Assembly (NCBI GenBank): GCA_009836625.1 | Contig: VXVC01000004.1 | Coordinates: 641,037-705,036 of the forward strand | Source: Holophagales bacterium | GTDB lineage: Bacteria; Acidobacteriota; Thermoanaerobaculia; Multivoradales; Multivoraceae | DNA: 64,000 bases | Direction of reading: 5' to 3' | Part shown: piece by piece, positions 36,651 through 45,958 of the stretch | Numbering within the stretch: the stretch's first letter is position 1 | Layout of the letters: each line of letters begins with the position of its first letter | Translations under genes and position numbers: made by a program | Notes under the pieces: model-generated | The model's input: only the letters and a program-made list of their open reading frames with translations | What the model was told of the DNA's origin: nothing | Database searches by the model: none

Positions 36651-37776
36651 CCAGCGATTCGAGGGCGCGGCGCCGTTCCTCCGGTTCCAGCGCCACCAGC
36701 CGCTCCACCTCCACGTACAACGCGGGCAAGCTGTCTCCCGACGCCTCCAGCAGGGCCCGGAACGCGGGCACGAGGTCGTTGTAGGTCGCGACCGCGACGA
36801 GGTCCGCGTTGTTGAGCCGCGACAGCCATTCGCCGAGGTTCGATTCGCCGCCTACGGCGTCGCCCGCCGCCCGCCAGGCCGGAACCAGTTCACGCCGGTA
36901 GCGCGACGGTAGGGCCCGGAACAACTCCGCCTTTCGGACCAGCTTCCGCTCGTCGCTGTCGTCGCTCGCGTAAATCGACTCGAGTTCGGCTCGCACCTCG
37001 AGAAGGTAGCGGTTCAGGTCGCGCCGGCGCCGCCGAGCGCTCTCGAAGGTGGCGAGTTCCGCGTCGCGGCCGAGCGAGCGCAGCCACCGGCGCACGCCTT
37101 CGACCTCGACCGCGGTCGCGAAGGACTCGTTGAACGCGCTGTCGTCCTTGACGTAGACGACCTGGTGGGCGAGCTCGTGGAAGATCAGGGCCGCGAGGTC
37201 CGCCTCGGCGTAGTCGAGAAAGGTGTTGAGGACCGGATCCGCGAACCAGCCCAGGGTCGAGTACGCCGCCACGCCGCCGACGCGAACGTCGTAGCCGTCG
37301 GCGGCCAGCCGGTCGCCGTGACGCCGCGCCGCTCGCTCGCTGAAGTAGCCGCGATAGGCGGCGCAACCGGCGAACGGGTAGCACCAGGTCTTCGGTTCCA
37401 GGCTTAGCCGGGGCGCGGCGACCACGTTCCAGACCGCGTAGGGCCGGCCCAGGTCGGCATAGCTCCGATAGCTCCCGTTGTCCGGAAGTCCGAGCTCCCG
37501 GCTGGCGAAGTCGCGAATCTTCTGGCTGAGCCGCAGCCGTTCCCGGGTCGCGGCCGACAGAACCTGTGCACGGCCCTCCTCCAGCAGACGCTCGATCGGC
37601 TTCCGTTTCACCAGGACATCGGCTCCGCCCCAGACCGCCTGCGAGTAGTAGCGGACGCTGCCGCAGCTCGCCACGAGCCCCGCCAGCACGACGACGGCGG
37701 CAAGCGCGAGAAAGCGCGGGCGGCGCCGAACCGGGCGGCGAGCCCTCCGTTTCCGCGTGCTACCCTGCCGACTCAT
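36604..37776 (-). CDS. Predicted zinc aminopeptidase (HExxH), lipoprotein
   Basis: Lipobox LVASCG. HExxH zinc site IFHELAHQVVYVKDDSAFNESFATAVE, resembling the 'putative aminopeptidase' family. The 3' end overlaps glpQ by 47 nt (convergent). The true start is uncertain because the N-region is unusually basic. Confidence 0.55.
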   Translation of the reverse strand: MSRQGSTRKRRARRPVRRRPRFLALAAVVVLAGLVASCGSVRYYSQAVWGGADVLVKRKPIERLLEEGRAQVLSAATRERLRLSQKIRDFASRELGLPDNGSYRSYADLGRPYAVWNVVAAPRLSLEPKTWCYPFAGCAAYRGYFSERAARRHGDRLAADGYDVRVGGVAAYSTLGWFADPVLNTFLDYAEADLAALIFHELAHQVVYVKDDSAFNESFATAVEVEGVRRWLRSLGRDAELATFESARRRRRDLNRYLLEVRAELESIYASDDSDERKLVRKAELFRALPSRYRRELVPAWRAAGDAVGGESNLGEWLSRLNNADLVAVATYNDLVPAFRALLEASGDSLPALYVEVERLVALEPEERRRALESLATGRPAPPAPDPDSR

Positions 37777-38992
37777 GAAACTCGCTCTTCACTGGCAGGT
37801 ACTCATCGGAATGGCGGCGGGGCTTTGCTTCGCCCTGGCGTTCGGCGAGGTGGGCTGGATCGGGTGGATCGCCGACCTCTTCATGCGTCTGCTCAGGATG
37901 GTCATCGTGCCCCTGATCTTCACCTCGATCGTCCATGGCGTCTCCGGCATCGGCGACGGCAGGTCGATCGGCCGCCTGGGCGGCAAGACGCTCCTCTGGT
38001 ACGCGCTGAGCAGTTTCATGGCAATTCTGGTCGGCCTGACGCTGGCCAACAGCATACGACCCGGCAGGGGTCTCGTCATGCCCGAAGGGGTGGAGCCCCT
38101 CACGCCGGATGATCTGCAGACGCCGAGTTCCATGGCCGACATCCTCCAGCGCCTCGTTCCGGACAACCCGGTCGGCGCTGCCGCCGGCGGCGACATCCTG
38201 GGGCTCATCTTCTTCTCGATCGTGCTCGGCGCCGCGATCGGGGTGATGACCGGCAAGACGGGCGAGCTGCTCCGCGAGGGCTTCAGTGCCGGCTTCGAGG
38301 CGATGATGAAGGTGACGACATGGGTCATCCGCCTGCTGCCGATCGGCGTCTTCGCCCTGCTCGCTCGTGCGGTCAGCCAGATGGGCCTCGACGTGTTCCA
38401 GCAGGTCGGCAAGTACGTGTTGACGATCGCGGTCGGTCTGACCCTGCACGTGTTCATCGTGCTGCCCCTGCTCTTCAGCCTGCTGGCCCGGAAGAACCCC
38501 ATCCACCACTACCGGGCGATGGCGTCCGCCATGGCGATGGCATTCTCAACCAGCTCGTCGGCGGCCACCCTGCCGATGACGATGAAGTGTCTGCGCGAGA
38601 AGGTCGGGGCCTCGAATCGGGTGACGAGCTTCGTCGCGCCCATGGGCGCGACGGTCAACATGGACGGCACGGCCCTGCTGGAGATCGTCGGCGCGCTCTT
38701 CATCGCCCAGGCCCTCGGTGTCGAACTCTCGCTGTACACGCAGCTCGTCGTCGTGCTGACCGCGCTGCTGGCCTCGGTCGGCGCCGCGGCGATTCCTTCG
38801 GCCGGCCTGGTCATGATCTTCATCGTGCTCGAAGCGATCGACCTGACCACGCCGGAGGCCTACGCGCTCGCCGGCCTGATGCTTAGCGTCGACCGCCCGC
38901 TCGACATGTTCCGAACGATGGTCAACATCACCTCCGACTCAGTCGGCGCCGCCGTCATCGCAAAGTCCGAAGGCGAAGAGCTCAATTACTGA
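37775..38992 (+). CDS. Dicarboxylate/amino acid:cation symporter (DAACS family, GltP/DctA-like)
   Basis: About 10 predicted TM helices and DAACS signature regions (LHWQVLIGMAAG start, SSSAATLP, MDGTALLE, ITSDSVGAAVIA). The start may be 37757 or 37775. Confidence 0.8.
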   Translation: MKLALHWQVLIGMAAGLCFALAFGEVGWIGWIADLFMRLLRMVIVPLIFTSIVHGVSGIGDGRSIGRLGGKTLLWYALSSFMAILVGLTLANSIRPGRGLVMPEGVEPLTPDDLQTPSSMADILQRLVPDNPVGAAAGGDILGLIFFSIVLGAAIGVMTGKTGELLREGFSAGFEAMMKVTTWVIRLLPIGVFALLARAVSQMGLDVFQQVGKYVLTIAVGLTLHVFIVLPLLFSLLARKNPIHHYRAMASAMAMAFSTSSSAATLPMTMKCLREKVGASNRVTSFVAPMGATVNMDGTALLEIVGALFIAQALGVELSLYTQLVVVLTALLASVGAAAIPSAGLVMIFIVLEAIDLTTPEAYALAGLMLSVDRPLDMFRTMVNITSDSVGAAVIAKSEGEELNY

Positions 38993-38993
38993 A

Positions 38994-40130
38994 GTGGCGG
39001 ACGACGTCACGATCACCCTCGGGGTCGAGGAGGAACTGTTCCTCGTCGACCCCGACTCGCGCGACCTCCTCAACGACCCCGATCCGCGCATCTTCGAAGC
39101 CTGCGGCGAAGCCGCGGGCGGCCAGAAGATCGTCCACGAGTTCCTTCGCTCCCAGATCGAAACCAACACCGCCGTCCACGACTCCGTGGCCGGAGTGCGC
39201 GAGGGTCTGAAGGCGGCCCGCCGGCTCGTCGTCGAAGCGGCGCAAGCCCACGGCGCGGCGGTGATCGGCGCCTCAACCCATCCGTTCGCGGCCTGGGAGG
39301 CCCAGCTCCCGACGCCGAGGGACCGCTACCGCCAGTTCGCCTCGACCTACCAGGAGACGGTCCGGCGCCTGGTTATCTGCGGCATGCACGTCCACGCCGG
39401 CTTCGGCGACTTCGACACACGCATCCGCGTGATGACCGCGCTCCGGCGCTACCTGCCCCTGTTCATTGGCCTCTCCGCCTCATCGCCCTTCAGCGAGGGC
39501 CGCGAGTCCGGATTCAAGTGCAACCGGCTGAATCTCTTCGAGGCGATGCCCCGGACCAGCATTCCCGGGCCGCTCGACTCCCGCGCGGAGTACGAGGCGC
39601 TGCTCGGCGAGTACCAGCGCATGGCCTTCATCACGGACGGCAGCGAGATCTGGTGGGACATCCGGCCCTCCCACAAGTTCCCCACCGTGGAGCTGCGGAT
39701 CTGCGACACCTGTCCGGCGATAGAGGACGCGATGTGCATCGTCGCCCTCTACGCGTCCCTCATCCGGACGCTGGCGCGGCGTGACCGGGAGGGCGCCCTT
39801 CCTCCCGAACCGCCGACCGAGATCATCGTCGAGAACAAGTGGCTGGCGCAGCGCTACGGCATGCTGGCCTTCCTGGGCGACACCCGGCGCGGCGGCCGCA
39901 TCGACATCGCCGACGAACTGCAGGAACTCGTCGACGAACTCGCCGAAGACGCCAGCGCCCTCGGCTGCGAGCGGGAGCTACGGCACTGCCTGAAGATCGT
40001 GCGCGAAGGCTCGAGCGCCGACCGGCAGCTCGACCTCTACCGGCTGCGTCTCGTCGAGGGAGCTGCCAAGGACGAGGCCCTGCGGGAGGTCGTCGATCTG
40101 CTCGTGTCGGAGACCGGCGGGAACCTCTAG
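38994..40130 (+). CDS. ybdK: Carboxylate-amine ligase, YbdK / glutamate-cysteine ligase family 2
   Basis: N-terminal TLGVEEELFLVD, plus VHAGFGD and WWDIRPSHKFPTVELRICD, the canonical GCS2 blocks. Starts 1 nt after the symporter stop. Confidence 0.8.
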   Translation: MADDVTITLGVEEELFLVDPDSRDLLNDPDPRIFEACGEAAGGQKIVHEFLRSQIETNTAVHDSVAGVREGLKAARRLVVEAAQAHGAAVIGASTHPFAAWEAQLPTPRDRYRQFASTYQETVRRLVICGMHVHAGFGDFDTRIRVMTALRRYLPLFIGLSASSPFSEGRESGFKCNRLNLFEAMPRTSIPGPLDSRAEYEALLGEYQRMAFITDGSEIWWDIRPSHKFPTVELRICDTCPAIEDAMCIVALYASLIRTLARRDREGALPPEPPTEIIVENKWLAQRYGMLAFLGDTRRGGRIDIADELQELVDELAEDASALGCERELRHCLKIVREGSSADRQLDLYRLRLVEGAAKDEALREVVDLLVSETGGNL

Positions 40131-40963
40131 GCCCGCAACGTGGCGTAGCGGTCGAGCCGCGGCAGGGTCTGATCGCGGCCCTGCGGATGCACCAGCAGGA
40201 TGACGCGACCGACACCGGCCTCGGCGTAGGCATCGAGCACTTCCTGCTGGGGCTTCGCACCGAAGACGCTGATGGAGATCGTCTCCATCGCGCGGCCCGC
40301 GCGGTCGGCGCGCTGCTTCAGATCCTCGATGCCGGTCAGCACGGCTTCGGTCGAACGCCCGATCGGAAGCCAGCCGTCGCAGTGATCGACCACCCGTTGA
40401 CGCGTGTAGTGCGTACCGCCGCCAAGCACGATCGGTGGATGCGGCTTCTGCGCGGGTTTCGGCCAGGACCAGATCGGCTCGAAGTCCACGTGCCGGCCGT
40501 GGAACTCGGCCTCGTCCTCGGTCCAGATCGTCTTGAACGCGGCCACCTGCTCTTCCAGCTTCGCGAAGCGCGTCGTGTAGTCCGTGCCGTGGTGCTCCAT
40601 CTCTTCCCGATTCCAGCCGCCGCCGATGCCGAAGATGAAGCGGCCGCCGGAGAGCACGTCGAGACTCGCCACCGCCTTGGCGGTTGTGATCGTGTCGCGC
40701 TCGATGATCAGGCAAATGCCGGTGCCGAGCCTGATCCTCTCCGTTGCCATCGCGGCCGCGGTCAGCGCGACGAACGGGTCGTGGGAACGGGAGTACTCCG
40801 GCGGCAACTCGCCGCCTCCGGGGAAAGGCGTTCGCCGGGAAGTCGGGATGTGGGTGTGCTCCGGGAACCAGAGGGACTCGAAGCCGCGCGCCTCGACCTC
40901 GGCGCCGAGATCGTCGGGCCGCATCGAGTCGCCGGTGGGAAACATGAAGATACCGATGTCCAT
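40127..40963 (-). CDS. LLM-class (luciferase-like) oxidoreductase, F420-dependent subtype likely
   Basis: MDIGIFMFPTGDS...LGAEVEARGFESLWFPEHTHIP...GTGICLIIERDTITTAKAVASLDVLSGGRF matches the short (~280 aa) LLM F420-dependent family. The real start is internal to the six-frame ORF 40127-42109, and the 3' end overlaps ybdK by 4 nt (convergent). Confidence 0.7.
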   Translation of the reverse strand: MDIGIFMFPTGDSMRPDDLGAEVEARGFESLWFPEHTHIPTSRRTPFPGGGELPPEYSRSHDPFVALTAAAMATERIRLGTGICLIIERDTITTAKAVASLDVLSGGRFIFGIGGGWNREEMEHHGTDYTTRFAKLEEQVAAFKTIWTEDEAEFHGRHVDFEPIWSWPKPAQKPHPPIVLGGGTHYTRQRVVDHCDGWLPIGRSTEAVLTGIEDLKQRADRAGRAMETISISVFGAKPQQEVLDAYAEAGVGRVILLVHPQGRDQTLPRLDRYATLRA

Positions 40964-41026
40964 AGGCGGCGCAGTGTAGCGGTTGCAGCAGGCCGTCCAG
41001 GCTCGACGCGGGTAGACTCGCGCACC

Positions 41027-42223
41027 GTGACGCAGCGCCTCAGCTTCGGCCCGATCCAGACCTCCGCCGACCTGGAGGCCCTTGCCTGCCACGAAGCCCT
41101 GGCCTTCAACACTCCCTACGACTCGTGTGTCTCCTGGCTGCGAGCGACACAGGACGAAGTGCGTGTCGTGCGAGCCGGCCATGATGTCGTCGGGGGTCTG
41201 GTCCAGTACGACATGGGCCTGTTCCTGGGGGGCCGGTCGGTCCGCAACATCGGCATCGCCGGAGTCGCCATCAGTCCCACGGCCCGCGGCCGCGGCGCCG
41301 CGAAGTCCCTGATGGCGGCCACCCTGCAGGACATGCACGACGCCGGCGTGGCGGTGTCGACTCTCTACCCCACGACCTTCACCCTGTACGGCCGCGCCGG
41401 CTACGCGGTTGCCGGCCACCGCTACCAGTACCGGCTGCCGCTCGCCGGACTGGGGCGAATCCAGGCGAGCGGGGAACTCCGCCGGCTCGATCCGGAAACC
41501 GACGCCGACGGGCTCGCGCGACTCTACCGGCGGTTGGCCGCGGACCGCCCCGGCTGGCTCGACCGCAACGAACACATCTGGCAGCGCGTCCACAACCACC
41601 CGGCCGGCCGCGACGTGTACGGCTACGTGCTGCCGGCGGACGACGGCGCCATCGACGGTTACGTCGTCTACACCCTGGGCGCTGTGGGTCGCTATCCGTA
41701 TGACCTCAACATCCGCGACGTTCAGGTGGCGCATCCCGACGCGGCGCGGCGCATCCTTGCCCTGTTCTCGGACTGCCGCACCCTGGCCCGCCACGCAATC
41801 TGGTACGGCCCGCTCGACGACCCACTGCTCCTCGCCGTGCCGGAAGTCGGGACCGAAATCTCTATCGCCGAAACCTGGATGATCCGCATCGTCGACGTCC
41901 GGGCGGCTCTCGCCGAACGGGGCTATCCGGCAGCCGCGAGCGCGAGGCTCGCCCTGGAACTGACGGACGATGTCCTGCCCGACAACGCGGGCCGCTGGCT
42001 GATCGAGATCGACCGCGGCGAGGCCAGAGCGAGCCGGGTCGATCAGGATGCGGGGCCCGACACGCTGAGGATGGACATCCGCGCGCTCGGTTCCCTCTAC
42101 ACCGGCCACCTGAGTGCCCGCCGCCTGGCGGCCATGGAGGCTGTCCGGGGATCGGCCGCCGCACTGGAACAGGCGGACCGGGTCTTCGCGGCCGAACCGC
42201 CGTCCATGCCCGACTACTTCTGA
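41027..42223 (+). CDS. GNAT family N-acetyltransferase, Eis-like (GNAT + SCP2-like C-terminal domain)
   Basis: Acetyl-CoA-binding block IAGVAISPTARGRGAAKSLM (Q/RxxGxG/A). Length and three-domain layout fit the Eis family. A GTG start is assumed (VTQRLSFGPI), and the six-frame ORF 39839-42223 is otherwise a frame artefact. Confidence 0.65.
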   Translation: MTQRLSFGPIQTSADLEALACHEALAFNTPYDSCVSWLRATQDEVRVVRAGHDVVGGLVQYDMGLFLGGRSVRNIGIAGVAISPTARGRGAAKSLMAATLQDMHDAGVAVSTLYPTTFTLYGRAGYAVAGHRYQYRLPLAGLGRIQASGELRRLDPETDADGLARLYRRLAADRPGWLDRNEHIWQRVHNHPAGRDVYGYVLPADDGAIDGYVVYTLGAVGRYPYDLNIRDVQVAHPDAARRILALFSDCRTLARHAIWYGPLDDPLLLAVPEVGTEISIAETWMIRIVDVRAALAERGYPAAASARLALELTDDVLPDNAGRWLIEIDRGEARASRVDQDAGPDTLRMDIRALGSLYTGHLSARRLAAMEAVRGSAAALEQADRVFAAEPPSMPDYF

Positions 42224-42329
42224 CGAGGCGGCGTGGCCTGACGGCTGCGAATGCTGCTAGTAGACTCGCCCGTCGCAGGTGCCCGGACCTGTCCACAGGA
42301 ATCCCCGTTCACCAAGAGGCTTACCCGGC

Positions 42330-43283
42330 ATGGCACGAAACCCCAATCGCAGACCCTACGTCCTCCCGTTCCTGACCGCACTGCTGCTGGCCGGGCCGGC
42401 ACTGGCCCAGGAACCGCCGCCGGAACCGGCGGCCGCGGAACGCGCCGACACGGCCGAGATCGAGCCGTTCCTCGGCGAGTGGGTGCTCGAAGTGCTCACC
42501 CAGCAAGGCTCGCTCAACAGCCTGATCACGTTCGCCGACGACGACGGCAAGGCGAGCGCCGATTTCTACCTGGCGCGCCTGGCCGACGTCGTGATCGAGA
42601 ACATCAGCCGCACGGAAACGGGCGTCCTGCTCAAGTGGAACCTGGACTTCGGCGGCCAGCTCGTGCCGGTCGAGTTGGAACTGTCGCGGGAAGGCGCCGG
42701 TCTGGCCGGGAAGCTGGAAGCCGGGTTCTTCAACGCCGATGTCAAGGGCGTGACGAAGGAAGCCGCCGAGGCGGCCGGAATCATCGTCGAACGTCAGCCG
42801 GTCGGCGACGACGACGAACTGGCCCTTTCCCGGGTCGAGGTCGACGGGCAGGCGATCCGGCTCCGCGTCGATCGCCTGCCGGCTCCCGGTTCCGACTACG
42901 ACAAGCTCGAGTCTCTGGCCGACGGCGATGTCCTGGGCCCCATCTACGGCAAGCCGTTCAAGTTCTGGACCGACGCCGACCTGGCGTTCGAGGACGTTGA
43001 GGTCGCCGCCCACAACCACGGTCCGACCTATCCCGGCGTCTACAGCCTCTGGCTCAAGCGCGAGGGAGACGGCTGGAAGCTCGTGTTCAACCACCTGGCC
43101 GACGTCTGGGGCACGATGCACATGGCCGAACACGACGCCGGCGAGACGCCGCTGGCCTTCCGCACCCTCGCTGAACCCGCGGAGCACACGGAGGGCGTGC
43201 TGGAGATGGACGGTGCGGCCGGCATGCTGACGATCCGCTGGGGCACGATGGAGTGGTCGGCGCCCTTCCAGATCGCCGAGTGA
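42330..43283 (+). CDS. Secreted hypothetical protein
   Basis: Signal peptide MARNPNRRPYVLPFLTALLLAGPALAQ followed by beta-rich sequence with no motif I can assign. Start alternatives are 42279 and 42330. Confidence 0.5.
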   Translation: MARNPNRRPYVLPFLTALLLAGPALAQEPPPEPAAAERADTAEIEPFLGEWVLEVLTQQGSLNSLITFADDDGKASADFYLARLADVVIENISRTETGVLLKWNLDFGGQLVPVELELSREGAGLAGKLEAGFFNADVKGVTKEAAEAAGIIVERQPVGDDDELALSRVEVDGQAIRLRVDRLPAPGSDYDKLESLADGDVLGPIYGKPFKFWTDADLAFEDVEVAAHNHGPTYPGVYSLWLKREGDGWKLVFNHLADVWGTMHMAEHDAGETPLAFRTLAEPAEHTEGVLEMDGAAGMLTIRWGTMEWSAPFQIAE

Positions 43284-43337
43284 ACCGATCGCGGCGCCGG
43301 ACAGCACCGCACTCACCCGCCAGCTGAGGAGCGGCCG

Positions 43338-44783
43338 TTGGACCGCCTCGCGTTCACCGCGTCCGGGACGGCGTCCGGCCTGGTCACCAACGGCGTCTCC
43401 TACTTCCTCCTGATCTACTACAGCCAGGTCATCGGCCTGGAACCGGCGCTCGCCGGCTCCGCGCTGCTCCTGGCGCTCGCCTTCGACGCCGTCTCCGATC
43501 CGCTGGTCGGCCGCTGGTCGGATCGCTTCCGGAGCCGCTTGGGGCGGCGCCACCCGTTCCTGTACGCCGCCACGCTCCCGGCCGCGGCCAGCTACTACTG
43601 CCTGTGGACGCCCCCGGACCTCTCGCAGCCCGCGATGTTCCTGTGGCTCCTCGTCTTCACGATCACGTTGCGGCTCGCGATGACGCTGCACACGGTCCCC
43701 TTCAACGCCCTGCTGCCGGAACTCGCCCCGGACTACGACCGCCGCACGCGCCTCATGAACTACTCGTACGCCGGCGCCTGGTTCTTCGGCACGGCGATCG
43801 CCGTCGCGATGTACCTGTGGTGGCTGGCGGACACCCCGGACTACCCCGACGGCGCCGGCATCCTGCGCCGCTCCGGCTACGAACAGGCGGGCCTGGTCAC
43901 GGCTGCCGGTGTCGGCCTCTGCCTGATCGCCGCTGCGATCGCGACCCGACGGCACATCCCGAATCTCGCGACGCCGCCGCCGGGCGCCGCCTCTGTCGCC
44001 ACGGCGCTCGCTGAGACGACGTCCACCCTACGCGACAGGAGCCTGATCGCGATCGTCGCGTCGACCGCCTTCACGGCCGCGGCGAGCGGCACGGCCACCG
44101 CCATGTGGGCGTACATGCAACCATGGTTCTGGGGCTTCGAGAGCAGCCAGACCAGCACCATCCTGGCCACCCAACTCGCTTCGCCTCTGATCGCGTTCTC
44201 CCTCCTGCCCGCACTGAGCCGCGGCCGCGACAAGAAGGTCCTCCTGATCCAGGTCTCCATCCTCTCGATGCTGGCGGGCAGCGGTCCGGTGATCCTGTCC
44301 CTGCTGGGCGCCTTCCCCCCGGTCGGCCACGCCGCTCTCTTCCCGTTGATGACCGCGATCGGTGTCGTCCAGGTGTCCCTGATCGTGATGGGGGGCGCGA
44401 TCAGCGCCTCGATGGTGGCCGACATCGTCGACGCTCGGGCGGTCGCGACCGGAAGGCGCGAAGAAGGGTTGGTCATCTCGGTCCTGTCCTTCACCGGAAA
44501 GGTAGCCACCGGAATGGGCGTCTGGATCGGCGGCGTGCTCCTGAGCGCCATCGCTCTCCCCACTGGTGCGGCCGCCGCCGGGATCGACCGGGCGACGATC
44601 GACCGCCTCGGCTGGCTCTACGGGCCGGTGCTGGCGCTCCTCTACCTGATCGCGATCTACGCTCTCAGCCGTTACCGACTGAGCCGTCATCGACACGAAG
44701 AGAACCTGGCCGCCCTTGCCGCGAACGGAGGCACGGGGCCCGGCAGCTATCGTTCCGGAACCTCACGAGGAGACCCGACATGA
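43338..44783 (+). CDS. MFS transporter, glycoside-pentoside-hexuronide (GPH):cation symporter family
   Basis: About 12 TM helices and the GPH signature near the N-terminus (LAFDAVSDPLVGRWSDRFRSRLGRRHPF). Confidence 0.75.
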   Translation: MDRLAFTASGTASGLVTNGVSYFLLIYYSQVIGLEPALAGSALLLALAFDAVSDPLVGRWSDRFRSRLGRRHPFLYAATLPAAASYYCLWTPPDLSQPAMFLWLLVFTITLRLAMTLHTVPFNALLPELAPDYDRRTRLMNYSYAGAWFFGTAIAVAMYLWWLADTPDYPDGAGILRRSGYEQAGLVTAAGVGLCLIAAAIATRRHIPNLATPPPGAASVATALAETTSTLRDRSLIAIVASTAFTAAASGTATAMWAYMQPWFWGFESSQTSTILATQLASPLIAFSLLPALSRGRDKKVLLIQVSILSMLAGSGPVILSLLGAFPPVGHAALFPLMTAIGVVQVSLIVMGGAISASMVADIVDARAVATGRREEGLVISVLSFTGKVATGMGVWIGGVLLSAIALPTGAAAAGIDRATIDRLGWLYGPVLALLYLIAIYALSRYRLSRHRHEENLAALAANGGTGPGSYRSGTSRGDPT

Positions 44784-45958
44784 CCCAACCCTTCGACCAG
44801 CCTCGTCAACTCCTGCCGCCCGAGGCGTACTTCGATTCCGGTTGGCTGAACCGCGAAGTCGACCGTCTGTTCGACCGCTCCTGGATCTGGGCCGCCACCG
44901 AGGAGGACCTGAAGGAACCGGGAGACTTCCGCGCCTGCCGCGCCATGAACCACTCCCTGTTCGTGCTCCGGGACGAGGCCGGAGAGCTCCAGGCCTTCCA
45001 CAACGTGTGCCGCCACCGCGGTTGCGAGATCCTCGAAGGCAGCGGCAACACAGGCTCGACAATCCGCTGCCCGTACCACCGCTGGACCTACGAGACGAAC
45101 GGCGCGCTGCACGGCGTGCCCAACGAAGCGGAGTGTTTCGGCGCCGTCCCCCGCGAGAGCTTCTCGCTCCATCGAGCCGCGGTCGGCGCCCATCGCGGCA
45201 TGGTCTACGTGAATCCGGATCCGGATCCGCCCGAGCCGTTCGACCGGTGGATCGCGGGGCTCGACGAGCACGCCTGGCCGCATGACCTGGGCGACGGCAC
45301 GTTGAGCTACGCCGGCGACGTGCGCTACGAGATGCACTGCAACTGGAAGGTCTTCTACGAGAACGCGATCGACGGCTACCACCTCGGCTACCTGCACAAC
45401 AAGACCCTGGGCGCCGCCTACCCGGATCGCAACATCTGTCATCCGGTCGGCCGCCACACGGTCTGGTACTCGACCGAACGGGAAGGCGATCCGCAGTCAA
45501 CCACCGTGCTGTCGGCGGAGATGGCGGACGCCGCCGGCGCCACCCGCCTGCCGGGTCACGAGGAGAGCTTCTATCCGGGCGTGGTCATGCTCTTCCCGCT
45601 GACCATCCTCTCGCCGAGCCCCTGGGGCTTCCACGTCTCGCTGCTGGAACCGAAGACCCCGGATCTCACGACCATGTGGACGCAGAGCTGGACGACGTAC
45701 GGATCCGCCTCACGCGAAGAAGCGGGCAAGGCGCCTACGCTGATCAGCCTGGCCAACCAGGAGGGACACCCGATGGAGTCGGGCAACTTCCAGCTCGAGG
45801 ACATGTGGATCTGCGAGATGATCCAGCGCAACCTGCGCTCCCCGAAGTTCAAAGTCGGGCGACTGGCCGCCGGCTTCGGGGCCGAATCGCCCATCATGCA
45901 CTTCCAGCAAAGCGTGCTCGACTACCTGAACGGCGACTCCGGCGGGAGCGGCGCCTGA
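44780..45958 (+). CDS. Rieske non-heme iron aromatic-ring-hydroxylating oxygenase, alpha subunit
   Basis: Rieske [2Fe-2S] motif CRHRGCEI...CPYHRW and the mononuclear Fe site DGYHLGYLH. The ATG overlaps the MFS stop (ATGA). Confidence 0.8.
   Translation: MTQPFDQPRQLLPPEAYFDSGWLNREVDRLFDRSWIWAATEEDLKEPGDFRACRAMNHSLFVLRDEAGELQAFHNVCRHRGCEILEGSGNTGSTIRCPYHRWTYETNGALHGVPNEAECFGAVPRESFSLHRAAVGAHRGMVYVNPDPDPPEPFDRWIAGLDEHAWPHDLGDGTLSYAGDVRYEMHCNWKVFYENAIDGYHLGYLHNKTLGAAYPDRNICHPVGRHTVWYSTEREGDPQSTTVLSAEMADAAGATRLPGHEESFYPGVVMLFPLTILSPSPWGFHVSLLEPKTPDLTTMWTQSWTTYGSASREEAGKAPTLISLANQEGHPMESGNFQLEDMWICEMIQRNLRSPKFKVGRLAAGFGAESPIMHFQQSVLDYLNGDSGGSGA

Noticed and set aside
39839-42223. 794-aa plus-strand ORF spanning the YbdK end, the LLM oxidoreductase (antisense) and the GNAT gene.
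   Set aside because: This is a frame artefact. The genuine GNAT acetyltransferase begins at the GTG at 41027, after a 63-nt divergent gap from the minus-strand LLM gene. The upstream translation is Arg/Pro-rich nonsense.
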